Below, one piece after another: positions 41,290-51,754 of a stretch of 64,000 bases of DNA. A program made the translations under genes and the position numbers. The stretch is from Salinispira sp. (lineage in GTDB: Bacteria; Spirochaetota; Spirochaetia; DSM-27196; Salinispiraceae): NCBI GenBank assembly GCA_965226555.1, contig CBDDDG010000018.1, positions 32,001 through 96,000 on the forward strand, in the 5' to 3' direction. How positions within the stretch are numbered: position 1 is the first letter of the stretch; each line of letters begins with the position of its first letter. The notes beneath the pieces are model-generated. The model made no database searches. It was not told the origin of the DNA and saw only the letters and a list, made by a program, of their open reading frames with translations.

Positions 41290-43155
41290 TTATATAACGT
41301 AGTGCCTGTTTTGGGTTTCATGGAGAGCGCGGTACATTCCATCGTGCTTTATGAGCTCGTTGTGGGTACCGGATTCAACAATTCTGCCCTTATTGAGAAC
41401 AAGAATACGGTCGGCATCCTGAATGGTTGAAAGGCGATGGGCAATTGCAATTGATGTTCGCCCTTCGAGAATACGGGTAATAGCGCGCTGGACTTTTTTC
41501 TCTGTTTTTGTGTCGATACTTGCTGTTGCCTCATCCATAATGACCACCCGCGGGTCCTGAATAAGAAGGCGGGCGAAGGAGAAAAGCTGGAGTTGCCCAA
41601 CAGAAAAATTAGCAGCGTTCTCGGCTACCATGGTGTCCAGTTCCAGTGGGAGACTTCTGACAAAGTCACCAATTTCTACTTCATTGAGAATGGCATATAT
41701 ATTTTCATCATCCATTATCTTTCCGAGGAGCAGATTGTCGCGGATTGTGAGATGAAAGAGTGAGACATCCTGCTGGATAATCTGGATAAAGCTCCGCAGA
41801 TTCCGAGGCGGAATAGTTGTGATATCAATGCCGTCAATGAAAATACTGCCTGAGTCCAGTTCCCATAATCGGGTAAGGATGTTCGCTATGGTGCTTTTTC
41901 CCGATCCGGTGTGCCCTACCAGAGCGATTTTTTCGCCCGCCCGGCAGTTCAGGGAAACATTGCGGAGTACCGGTTCTCCGGGAACATAGGAAAAGGTGAT
42001 ATTTCTGATCTCAATGGCGCCGTTGATATCATGCTTCTCTGGAAGTTCCGCATCGCGATTATCGGAAGGAGCTTCCGGCTCGCGCTCATCAATATCGAGA
42101 AGGCTGAATACCCGCTCACTTCCCGTGAGAGCCGATTGAATAAGGGTGAATTTTTCCGCCATATCCTGTACCGGCGAATAAAAGCGCTGAATGAGGTTGA
42201 TGAAGGCAATGAGCACACCGAGGCTGATAATATCATTCAGATAGTCGGATGCTCCGAAGTATATAATAAAAGCGACCGAACAAATGGCCAGCAGGTCAAT
42301 GAGGGGGCGGAAAACAGTAAATACATACAATTCACCCAAATTTGCCTTGAAGAGCTTGGTGTTTCGTTCGGAAAATTCCTGAATAACCTTTTTCTCTCTC
42401 ACAAAGGCCTGAACCACACTAACACCGGCAAAATGTTCGGAAAGGTAGGCATTTACCGCAGATATCCATTTCCGCACACGGTGGTAGGCTTTCCGGGATA
42501 GTTTCTGAAAAATGATCAGGACGGCAGTAACCGGGGGGAGGATAAAGAGCGACAACAGACCGAGCCGGGGGCTCAGGACAAAAAGGGCGATAAATACCCC
42601 GATCATCATAACAACATCGCTGACGATGGCATTCAGAATGTTGGTGAACAGTTCATTAATTGTTTCAACATCATTCGAAACACGGGTTACCAGCCTTCCT
42701 ACCTGCTGATTCTGCAGAAAACTGAGGCGCTGCCTGCTTGTCCGCTTATAGAGATCCATTCGTATATCCTTCATGAATCTCTGTCCGGCCATGGACAGGA
42801 GATATACCTGCAGGAAGCTGAAAACGAGCACGCATAATAAGAGGGCAAGATAGAGAATAACCTTATTCTGGACTCCCTTCCAGTCTTGGATACGGAGGGT
42901 CTGCTTTTCATCGGAGGAAAGTTCTTGGTAGTTTTCTTCAGAAAGAGAGCTGTCGGCTGGAACCCAGCCGGGCCTCAGATCATTATCGACTGCCTGCTGT
43001 ATAAGAATTGGCAGGTATAATTGCGCGCCGGTGCTCAGAACAATGAAGATAATGCTCAGGAGGATCAGAGGCCAGTGCGGCGCGGCATATCTGAAAATAC
43101 GCCCGAGAATTCCTGAATTGCCGGATGTGTTTTCTAATTCTTCATGCTGAATCAT
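41290..43155 (-). CDS. ABC exporter, fused permease/ATPase (heterodimer subunit)
   Basis: Transmembrane domain, GHTGSGKST, FSVGQ, IMDEATASID. Confidence 0.92.
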   Translation of the reverse strand: MIQHEELENTSGNSGILGRIFRYAAPHWPLILLSIIFIVLSTGAQLYLPILIQQAVDNDLRPGWVPADSSLSEENYQELSSDEKQTLRIQDWKGVQNKVILYLALLLCVLVFSFLQVYLLSMAGQRFMKDIRMDLYKRTSRQRLSFLQNQQVGRLVTRVSNDVETINELFTNILNAIVSDVVMMIGVFIALFVLSPRLGLLSLFILPPVTAVLIIFQKLSRKAYHRVRKWISAVNAYLSEHFAGVSVVQAFVREKKVIQEFSERNTKLFKANLGELYVFTVFRPLIDLLAICSVAFIIYFGASDYLNDIISLGVLIAFINLIQRFYSPVQDMAEKFTLIQSALTGSERVFSLLDIDEREPEAPSDNRDAELPEKHDINGAIEIRNITFSYVPGEPVLRNVSLNCRAGEKIALVGHTGSGKSTIANILTRLWELDSGSIFIDGIDITTIPPRNLRSFIQIIQQDVSLFHLTIRDNLLLGKIMDDENIYAILNEVEIGDFVRSLPLELDTMVAENAANFSVGQLQLFSFARLLIQDPRVVIMDEATASIDTKTEKKVQRAITRILEGRTSIAIAHRLSTIQDADRILVLNKGRIVESGTHNELIKHDGMYRALHETQNRHYVI

Positions 43156-44929
43156 TGTTCTCTCCCGCGCCTGCCGCTCCCGTTGCGCCTGCCGCTCCCG
43201 TTGCGTCTGCCGCGCCCTTCTGAATTTTGAATATCTTATTATAGTAGCCGTCTGTATCTTTCAGCTCCGCATGACTGCCCTGCTGGGCAACCCTGCCGTT
43301 CTCCATAACAATTATGGTATTGCAGTGTTTCAGTGTTGAAATACGGTGGCTGACAATAATGGAGGTTTTCCCCTCCAGTTGCTTCAGGAGGGCAGTGAGA
43401 ATTCGTTTTTCAGTGTCGGCATCGACCGCGCTGAGAGGATCATCGAGAAGAAGTATGGAGGGTTTTTTTGCCAGCGCCCGCGCGAGGCTGCTCCTCTGTT
43501 TCTGCCCTCCTGAAATGGTAACACCCTTTTCACCGACTACCGTATCCCAGCCATGGGGGAAGAGCTTGAAATCCTGACTCAGGCTCGCGGTTCGGATAAC
43601 GTCATCCAGCTCCGCATCGCTTATCTCCTTAACTCCAAAGGCAATGTTATCACGCAGACTTGCCGAAAATAAAAAACTCCGCTGCGGCACATATCCGAAA
43701 ATTTCCCGCAGCCAGTAGAGATTCACCTGCCGAATGTCGTGGCCGTTCATGGTAATTTTTCCCTCATCCCAATCCACAAGCCGAAGGAGGCAATTGAGCA
43801 GGGTACTTTTTCCGCTTCCTACCGGACCGGTAATACCGATGAGAACCGACTGCGGTATGCAAAGAGACACATTATTGAGAATGTGCTTTCCATGCAGGGA
43901 AAGCGAGAGCTTCTCTATGATCATGTCTCCCTCAAGATCGGGTGTATTATCGGGAAAGGTATTTGCGATGACGGGGATATATGACAGTATTTTCTGAATT
44001 CTTTCAAGACTCACGGCTCCGCGCTGTATGAGATTGACAGTGAAGCCCGCTCCAATCATGGGCCAGATGAGAAGCTGGAGGTAGCTGAAGGTCGCGACGA
44101 GATCCCCGAAACTTATCTGCCCCAGAATGACCTGCCTTCCTCCAACGAGCAGAAGAATCATGTTGGTAAGCCCCGAGAGGAAAAGAACGGCAGGGAAGAA
44201 AAAACCGTTGAGCATTATCAGTTTCATATTCTTGTCTCGGTACTCATCGTTGATTGTACTGAAGCGTTTGAGGAAAAAATCTTCCTTTACAAAGGATTTA
44301 ATGATCCTGATATTTGCGAATGTTTCCTGGCAGTGATCGCTGAGCCGGGAAAAGCCTTCCTGCACCAATCGTGAAAGAGGACCGACAAATTTGCCGAACA
44401 AGAGGATCAGCACTGTCATGAACGGAAGGGGAATGATAATGTACGCGGCAAGTCCGGGTGTCTGGGTAAACATAATGGCAAGTATGGAAACAGTGAGAAA
44501 AATACCGTCAAAGGCTGCGACAAAGGCAATGCCCGCAGACATGCGGATGGTCTGCATGTCGTTGGTGGAACGCGCCATGAGATCGCCAATGCTGTTTTTC
44601 TGATAAAAATCGGCGTCGAGAGTCATAAGATGCCTGAAAAGATCCCTCCGTATGCTCCTTTCAATGCGCCGCGCCGGGGTGCCTATGAAGTAGCGCCAGC
44701 TCAATCTGCCAATGCCGACACCAAACGATGCGGCGACCATGTACAGAACAATGCTAAGAATATCTGAAAGTTCAAAATTTCCGGAACTAATAAGGTCAAT
44801 GGATTGTTTTATAAACAGGGGAATGAGTAATTGGAAACCGTTTGTTATGAATAAACCGAGAAATCCGCCAAGGTACCAGAGGCGGTATGGTTTCATATAT
44901 CGAAAAAGTGTACGGTATTCTTTAAGCAT
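43142..44929 (-). CDS. ABC exporter, fused permease/ATPase (heterodimer subunit)
   Basis: GPVGSGKST, ISGGQKQR, degenerate Walker B (LLDDPLSAVD). Confidence 0.92.
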   Translation of the reverse strand: MLKEYRTLFRYMKPYRLWYLGGFLGLFITNGFQLLIPLFIKQSIDLISSGNFELSDILSIVLYMVAASFGVGIGRLSWRYFIGTPARRIERSIRRDLFRHLMTLDADFYQKNSIGDLMARSTNDMQTIRMSAGIAFVAAFDGIFLTVSILAIMFTQTPGLAAYIIIPLPFMTVLILLFGKFVGPLSRLVQEGFSRLSDHCQETFANIRIIKSFVKEDFFLKRFSTINDEYRDKNMKLIMLNGFFFPAVLFLSGLTNMILLLVGGRQVILGQISFGDLVATFSYLQLLIWPMIGAGFTVNLIQRGAVSLERIQKILSYIPVIANTFPDNTPDLEGDMIIEKLSLSLHGKHILNNVSLCIPQSVLIGITGPVGSGKSTLLNCLLRLVDWDEGKITMNGHDIRQVNLYWLREIFGYVPQRSFLFSASLRDNIAFGVKEISDAELDDVIRTASLSQDFKLFPHGWDTVVGEKGVTISGGQKQRSSLARALAKKPSILLLDDPLSAVDADTEKRILTALLKQLEGKTSIIVSHRISTLKHCNTIIVMENGRVAQQGSHAELKDTDGYYNKIFKIQKGAADATGAAGATGAAGAGENNDSA

Positions 44930-44944
44930 GTGTATGTATTCCTC

Positions 44945-45679
44945 TTATTCCTCTTGTTGCCACGCGGTCAGTTGCTCTGCAATGAGTGTACGGGCTCTTT
45001 CAAGATCTCCCGAAATCTGCTTTTTGTTTTCAGGAGCGGGAAGAACGGTGAGAATTTTCACCTTATAGTTTACCGAATTTCTGCGGATAAAGTCGATTAT
45101 GCGGCTGAATTTCCATCCTCCGTCAACGGCGAGTACAACAGTTGGTACCATGAGTATACTCTGAACTATGCGGTATGCGCCAATGTTAAATTTCTGAAGT
45201 TCCCTGTTGCGGCTGCGTGTGCCCTCGGGAAAAATATGCGGGTTCACATGATTCAGCGCGCAGAACCGGGTAAAAACTGCGAGAGTATGGTATGTTTTTC
45301 GAAAATCCGAATATCGGTTAATAAGGCAATGGCGTCCATAGCGAAGAACGGTTGAAAAGGCAGGAACATGGCGGCCGAGTTCTTTCTTTGCCACAAAGCG
45401 TATTCGGGGAAAGGATAGTAAAACCATGAAGATATCGATGAAGCTCTGATGATTCGACAGAACAATAAAATGCTCAGGCAGGGAAATAGTATTGTCTTCA
45501 TGGATGATATTGATTCGGGAAAAGAGCTTTCCGCAGCGGAAAAAGGCCCGAGCGGTATCGGCTGCGATTTTTTCCATATACCGCATGCGTTTTTTGCGGG
45601 AAAGGAATAGTACGGCGTATGCGCCCCGAATATCTGTGTAGAAATGGTAAAAAAGTACGAAAGAAATGAATAGTACCAT
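44945..45679 (-). CDS. 1-acyl-sn-glycerol-3-phosphate acyltransferase family protein
   Basis: NHQSFID, FVAKKEL and FPEGTRS motifs. Confidence 0.88.
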   Translation of the reverse strand: MVLFISFVLFYHFYTDIRGAYAVLFLSRKKRMRYMEKIAADTARAFFRCGKLFSRINIIHEDNTISLPEHFIVLSNHQSFIDIFMVLLSFPRIRFVAKKELGRHVPAFSTVLRYGRHCLINRYSDFRKTYHTLAVFTRFCALNHVNPHIFPEGTRSRNRELQKFNIGAYRIVQSILMVPTVVLAVDGGWKFSRIIDFIRRNSVNYKVKILTVLPAPENKKQISGDLERARTLIAEQLTAWQQEE

Positions 45680-45704
45680 ATGATCCTTTTTTTGTTATTT
45701 CAGA

Positions 45705-45733
45705 TTGACAGACATAAATATCTTTGCTACCGT
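45705..45733 (+). promoter_or_regulatory. Sigma70 promoter of rpsT
   Basis: TTGACA-N17-TACCGT with a TG extended -10. Confidence 0.6.
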
Positions 45734-45802
45734 TGTCGTTTGATATCAAATGTATCAAAAATTAGATGTGTATTGTAACAAAAAATTGAATGGAGGTTAA
45801 CC

Positions 45803-46075
45803 TTGGCTGTCCTGAAAAGTGCTGAAAAACGACATCGGCAGAGTGTGAAACGGAGAATGCGTAATCGAATGACAAAAAGTCAGATTCGCAATACCATAAA
45901 ATTATTTCTTACTACAGTGAGTAATGGTGATAAAGCAGAGGCTGAAAAGGCCTTCAAAAGCCTTCAAAAGCAACTTGATACTGCTAAAAGGCGGGGGATC
46001 ATGCATGAAAATACCGTTGCCCGTAAAAAATCCCGCATGGCGAAGCAGTTGAACGGCATGGCGGTACGTTCTTAA
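45803..46075 (+). CDS. rpsT: 30S ribosomal protein S20
   Basis: KSAEKRHRQS...RN...HENTVARKKSR; TTG start with GGAGG SD. Confidence 0.95.
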   Translation: MAVLKSAEKRHRQSVKRRMRNRMTKSQIRNTIKLFLTTVSNGDKAEAEKAFKSLQKQLDTAKRRGIMHENTVARKKSRMAKQLNGMAVRS

Positions 46076-46099
46076 TTTTCCAACATTAGGAGTACTGAG

Positions 46100-46399
46100 G
46101 TGCCCAAAGAAAAAATGACAAAGGCAGCAATTGTCGATACCATTGCAGATGAGACCGGACTGACGAGAAGGGATGTTCAAAACATTGTGAATAAGACCCT
46201 CGTTCAGCTGAAATCGGCCATTGCTTCAAGTCAGATTGTTGAACTTCGCGGGTTCGGCACCTTTGAGGTACGTGTGCGGAAGGGCAGAGACAGGGCGCGG
46301 AATCCCAAGACCGGGCAAATTGTCGCGGTGGAAGATCATGGCGTTGTTGTTTTTCGTCCGGGGAAGGAGTTGAAAAACATAGCCTGGCCGCTCTGCTGA
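46100..46399 (+). CDS. HU/IHF (Hbb-like) DNA-binding protein
   Basis: ELRGFGTFEV, ARNPKTG and FRPGKELK motifs. Confidence 0.93.
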   Translation: MPKEKMTKAAIVDTIADETGLTRRDVQNIVNKTLVQLKSAIASSQIVELRGFGTFEVRVRKGRDRARNPKTGQIVAVEDHGVVVFRPGKELKNIAWPLC

Positions 46400-46449
46400 A
46401 TGACCGGCAGCTGCGCTGAATAACTGTCCGCCGTTCTGGAGACCCATCA

Positions 46450-48144
46450 ATGTCGAACACGAATCGCTTTCCACATCAAAGCCCCGCCCCTCCAAAAAAC
46501 ACCCCGAAAAAATATGGCGGAACCATTCACGCACTTTTTTCTGAGCTGGGCGGAATTGCCCTGTCTGTTGTTCTTTTTTACCTTTCCTTTCCGAACAATT
46601 TTTCTCACAACGGTTTCGGAGCGCTCGGCTTCGTTGCCCTGTTTCCTCTTGTGCGCGTTATCAACCGCGCTCCGCTATGGCGCCTTCTCATCTATGCGCC
46701 CCTGACCGGATTCACCACCTACGCCCTCTTTAATATATGGCTCATCAATTTTCATCCCCTCGCCATTATCGTTGTGCCGGCAATTTATGCCGTGTATTAT
46801 CTTATTCTCATTCCCCTCATGAAACTGCCGACCTATGCCTTCGGTCGCCATGCTTGGCTCATACAGGTCATTATCTGGGTGGCATATGAGTATGTCCGAA
46901 CGCTGGGCTTCCTCGGCTATCCATACGGGATAATCGCATATACCCAGTATCTGAACATACCGCTGCTCAATTTTGCCTCACTGGGCGGAATAAGCGCCGT
47001 CAGCGCTCTTGTTGTTATGCCGCAGTTCTTTCTGGCGCAAATTCTTGACGGCAGAAAATCGGGGCTGCGGTTTCGGGAAAAAATCTGCCAATTCAAAGCG
47101 GAAATTATCGGCATGGGGGTATTGTGTTCTTTTGCCCTGCTGTATGGAGTATTCTCTCAGGTCGATTACAGCGATGCTCCGCGGGTAAAAATGACACTGG
47201 TACAGCAGAATGTTGATCCATGGATAGGCGGCCTCCGGGCATACAAAAATTCCATGGATGCCAGCATTCGGCAGACCCGCCGCGCTCTTGAGGAAACTCC
47301 CGATACAGAACTCATTGTATGGTCGGAAACAAGCTTCATTCCCGCCATAGACTTTCATAGCACATATCGGAATGAGGTCGAGAAATATGAATTGGTCGAT
47401 GAGCTTCTTGAGTACATCAATTCAACGAATGTACCTGTGTTACTTGGAAATGGCGATGGACAGCTGGTGATGAATGAAGAAGGAGAGTATGTGCGGGAAG
47501 ACTATAACGCAGTGTACCTCTATAAGAACCGTAGTGAACGTCAGATATACCGCAAACTCCATTTAGTACCCTTCAGCGAATATTTTCCGTATGAAAAACA
47601 GATGCCGCGGCTCCATAAGGTTCTTGTGGATAGTAATACCAGTTTCTGGGAGAAGGGAGATGAGTGGACGGTATTTGAGCTGGAAAATCTGAAGAATGTA
47701 GAGAGGCTCCGTTTTTCAACTCCCATTTGTTTTGAAGATTCCTTCGCCTATTTGAACAGGGGCTTTGTTCAGCGCGGCGCCGATCTTATTATCAATGTAA
47801 CAAACGATTCATGGTCAAAATCCATACCGGCTGCCGTCCAGCATGCCGCCATGGCAGTATTCCGCAGTGTTGAGAACCGCAGAACCATGGTGAGGTCGAC
47901 AAATGGAGGATTAACTGTTGTTATTGATCCCAATGGACGAATTATACACAGAAATGAGCCCTTCACCGAGAGTTTCATAACCGTCGATGTTCCAATATAC
48001 ACACAAAGCACCGGAATCTATACCCGTACCGGAGACATTCCCGCTCAGATATTTCTGACATTGGCTACTGCGCTGAGTGCGCTGTCCATTGGCATGATCG
48101 GCATCGGCAAAGCGAAAGCGAATGTGAAAATTGTTGTTGCATAG
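46450..48144 (+). CDS. lnt: Apolipoprotein N-acyltransferase
   Basis: VQQN, WSET, KLHLVPFSE, ICFED, TNDSW, RSVENRR motifs. Confidence 0.93.
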   Translation: MSNTNRFPHQSPAPPKNTPKKYGGTIHALFSELGGIALSVVLFYLSFPNNFSHNGFGALGFVALFPLVRVINRAPLWRLLIYAPLTGFTTYALFNIWLINFHPLAIIVVPAIYAVYYLILIPLMKLPTYAFGRHAWLIQVIIWVAYEYVRTLGFLGYPYGIIAYTQYLNIPLLNFASLGGISAVSALVVMPQFFLAQILDGRKSGLRFREKICQFKAEIIGMGVLCSFALLYGVFSQVDYSDAPRVKMTLVQQNVDPWIGGLRAYKNSMDASIRQTRRALEETPDTELIVWSETSFIPAIDFHSTYRNEVEKYELVDELLEYINSTNVPVLLGNGDGQLVMNEEGEYVREDYNAVYLYKNRSERQIYRKLHLVPFSEYFPYEKQMPRLHKVLVDSNTSFWEKGDEWTVFELENLKNVERLRFSTPICFEDSFAYLNRGFVQRGADLIINVTNDSWSKSIPAAVQHAAMAVFRSVENRRTMVRSTNGGLTVVIDPNGRIIHRNEPFTESFITVDVPIYTQSTGIYTRTGDIPAQIFLTLATALSALSIGMIGIGKAKANVKIVVA

Positions 48145-48253
48145 GATTTCTAAAACTGATATTATGCCGCAACCGCAAAAATAATGGCGGGAGCCGTAAG
48201 AATTTTTCTGAGGCAAAACTTTGTCATAGTACCTTAGAAGGAGGTAATATACT

Positions 48254-49995
48254 ATGAAAATTACGACATACAGTTGGGGGGGGTAACCCTTTTTATTCTC
48301 TGCTCAATTTTTATTGTACTGATGGCGGGATGTCCAACACCGATTGCGCCGCCTGCCATGTATGCTCCAACTCTCACAGCGGGGAGCGAACAGCTCACCG
48401 CATCGTGGGTTGATCCGACTACATGGAATTGGAGTTTCAACAACGCTGAGAACGATATTACTGAATATCACCTGCGCTATCGGGAAGTCGGCAGCGAGAG
48501 CTGGACGGAGATTACCTCCGGTATTACCGGCACAAGCCACGTCATTACCGAGCTGACAAACGGCCTCAGTTATGCCGTGCAGGTGCGCGCCGTCAACGCG
48601 CAGGGCACCGGCGGCTGGTCGGCGTCTTCCACGGCAAGCCCTACTGCAACTCTCACTGTTCCTGATGCGCCGACTGCTCCAGCCCTTGAAGCGGGCACTG
48701 GGCAGATCATTGCCACATGGACTGCGCCCGATAACGGCGGCAGCCTCATTACCGGGTATGAACTGCGATATCGCACAGATGCGGAGCCATGGACGATCAT
48801 TAGCTACGGCATTGCCTGCGCACGCAGCGAGGGGCAGACAGAAGTCTGTCAATTTGCCTTCTCATCGTACTCATCGTACTCTCCTCCTTACACAATTCAC
48901 AGCATTACGGCAGACGGCGCCAACTATCAACTACAGGTGCGCGCTATCAACGCTCAAGGCGCGGGCGAATGGTCTGCATCCGCAATGTTCCCGTTTCCGT
49001 TTGCAACGCAGCTTCCAGCGGGGATGGCAGCGGTCGTAATTTTTCCGGCTGATATTGATAACCCCCTTGCCCCTGAAATTGCCACCGAGCTCAGCGTTTC
49101 TTTGACCACGGTGGGAGCAAGCAATATCACGGTCGAGGATGGAGACATTACGGCGGTTACCCCCGCAGCTACGCCCAATGGGGTCACCCTACCGACTGTC
49201 GATTCGAGCAGCGGATTTATTACGCTTACAGTTGCCGCGGATACAACGGCAGGAACATATGTGGTATATGACGATTCGATCGGAGCCGACGGTCGACGGG
49301 TTGCCGAGTATTTTTACGTTACCGTGAGTCCTCCTACTAACGCTGAACTGAAAACAGCGGTAAATGCGGGAATATCAACCTGGGGCGATACTGCCAACCT
49401 CAACTACATTATTACCGCCGCAGTAACGGATATGTCCGATATTTTCAGTGCTAAGACCACATTTAATGGTGATATCTCACTTTGGGATACTACAGCGGTA
49501 ACGAATATGTTCCAAATGTTTATTAGCGCAGAGGTATTCAATGGCGATATTTCGGATTGGGATGTCAGTTCGGTAACGAATGTAAGCAAGATGTTCTTTT
49601 TTGCAACCTCATTCAATGGTGATATCTCGGGCTGGGATGTCAGTTCGGTAACGAATATGTCCGTAATGTTCTCTTACGCAGGAGCATTCAATATCGATAT
49701 TTCCGGCTGGAATGTCAGTAAGGTAACGAATATGCAAAGTATGTTCGATTCGGCAGACACATTCAATGCCGATATCTCGGATTGGGATGTCAGTTCGGTA
49801 ACGAATATGATCAGTATGTTCAGGAGTGCAAGCGTATTCAATGTCGATCTTGAGGAGTGGAAGGATCATTGGACGCTTAATGCCGCTGACAAATATACCG
49901 GAACCACAACAAATATGTTTCAGGGTTCCGGCTTGGATGTGGATACAGATGATGCGACCCCTGGGAAGCAACCGAATTTTCCGACATGGTATTAG
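48254..49995 (+). CDS. Surface lipoprotein with 2 FN3 domains and BspA/DUF285 repeats; frameshifted at a G8 tract
   Basis: SD AAGGAGGT plus ATG 48254 is out of frame with the body (track ORF from 48274); MAGC lipobox; FNGDISDWDVSSVTN repeats. Confidence 0.8.
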
Positions 49996-50546
49996 GAGTT
50001 TCATAACTCGCAGCGGCCATTGAAATGTTGCAATTCAACTCAGGCAGGCGCGGATTTTCCCCGGACGCATGGGCGAGCAGGAGGCGCAAGCCTCCGACCA
50101 GCCCCGTACCTGCCTTTTTTTGATTGCTCGCCATGCGTCTGTTGCTGGGATTGGGAGATGGACAGATGCTTGCGTCCGGCTTGCCATGCGTCCGGACTGA
50201 TCAAACAGTAATATCCCAAAATAATAAAACTTTTTCAAAAACTTTCTCATTTTCACCGTTCATATTTTACCCGTCTATATGGTATGAGCAAAAAATATAT
50301 CGGTATGGTACACGCTGGAAATATGCTTTCGAAAATCCTCAGATATTCTGGGACTTCATACATTCATATTTCAACAAAGGCCTCGCGGGGAGCATGGAGA
50401 GCATCAACACAGAGCATACCAGCCCCCCATTCCCGATCCCTCCCTCCCGACTCCCCGAAAAAAATTCACAACATTCTTTCAAATTCTCTCAAAAAACACA
50501 GTCAAAAATGACAGTTCTCCCGTTATAGATATAGCAGGAGATATTT

Positions 50547-51603
50547 GTGAAAAAATCATCCCACAGCACAGGCCATATCCACGACATAGCCTTTAAGCTC
50601 GCCTACTACAGAACCCCCCGGCTGATTCCCGACCTGCTGCGGCTGTTCTGTGAGGGTACGACTCTTGCCAAGCTGGACATGGACAAAATCCGCATTGAAA
50701 CCCCCAGCTACATTGCGGGAAAAAAGAACCTTCACTGCGATCTCGTTGTCAGCGCCCCCTTCCTGTCAGACCCTGAGCGGAAAGCTCTTTTCATTATTGA
50801 GCACAAAAGCTACCAGCACAAACATGCTCTCACACAGATCGATAATTATCAGCATGCCCTCAGAAACAGCAATGTGTACAATGAAAATGATGCTATCTAT
50901 ATACTGCTGCTCTACCATGGAAAAAAGGAATGGAACCTCCCACTCACATTTTACAGTTCGCATGGAAATGCTGCTTCCGAATCCATGACTGAAGGCACGG
51001 TAGATGTCAAGGTGAAAGTGTCGTACATTGTGCGCGATCTTTGTAGAATGAAAAAGGAGCAGTTGGCATGGCGCTTCGATGGAAAACGATATACATCGAC
51101 TGCGTTGTGGTATATAATGCGAGATAATAACAAAGTTTTTCCTTTAGGAAAAACTTTCTATACCTTGAGAGAATCAAGAGTATAGATGAGAGAATCCTCA
51201 TTTGAAAATTGTGCAGAGCACAATTTTCAGTGAGATGGATGCTGAGGGGCTGAAAGAGATTGCGCAGCTCCTGAACGGTCTGTCATCACAAGACTTTACT
51301 GATCTGGCAGAGAGTGTGCTAGGTTATCTAAAAGATCTGGGACTGTATGAACAGTTTGAGAAAATTGACAGGGAAGTATATCCTGAAGGAGAAAACAGTA
51401 TGCGGACATATAACATAACCAACGCCTTCGTGAGGGAAGGCATGGAGAAAGGCATTCTGAAAGGTCGTGTTGAGGGGCATATTGAGGAGCGGAGAAAAAA
51501 CGCCCGCAGTATGTTTTCCAAAGGATTTTCAGCCCATGACATTCAGGATGTTACCGGGCTGAGCGATGAGGAAATGCGCGCATTGCGGAACGGATCGCAT
51601 TAA
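50547..51603 (+). pseudogene. Rpn type B split by a 101-bp miniature element (51130-51230); small ORF 51400-51603 intact
   Basis: ORFs 50547-51185 and 51202-51603 form one Rpn gene; the same insertion occurs at 35605-35705. Confidence 0.85.
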
Positions 51604-51754
51604 TTATTGCCGTTCGGCCTGCGCGCATAGCGGATAATATCAACATCTGGATCAACCTCACATACCAGTTCCTTCAGGAATGCTCGGGGAGGGTCTGTTG
51701 ATAGACTTTATGCAAAACTTTCTAGTAGAAATAATCCACCACAGAGAGGAACCT

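Noticed and set aside
36828..49995. Diversity-generating retroelement acting on the lipoproteins
   Set aside because: No reverse transcriptase in the window and no TR/VR pair with adenine-specific mismatches noticed
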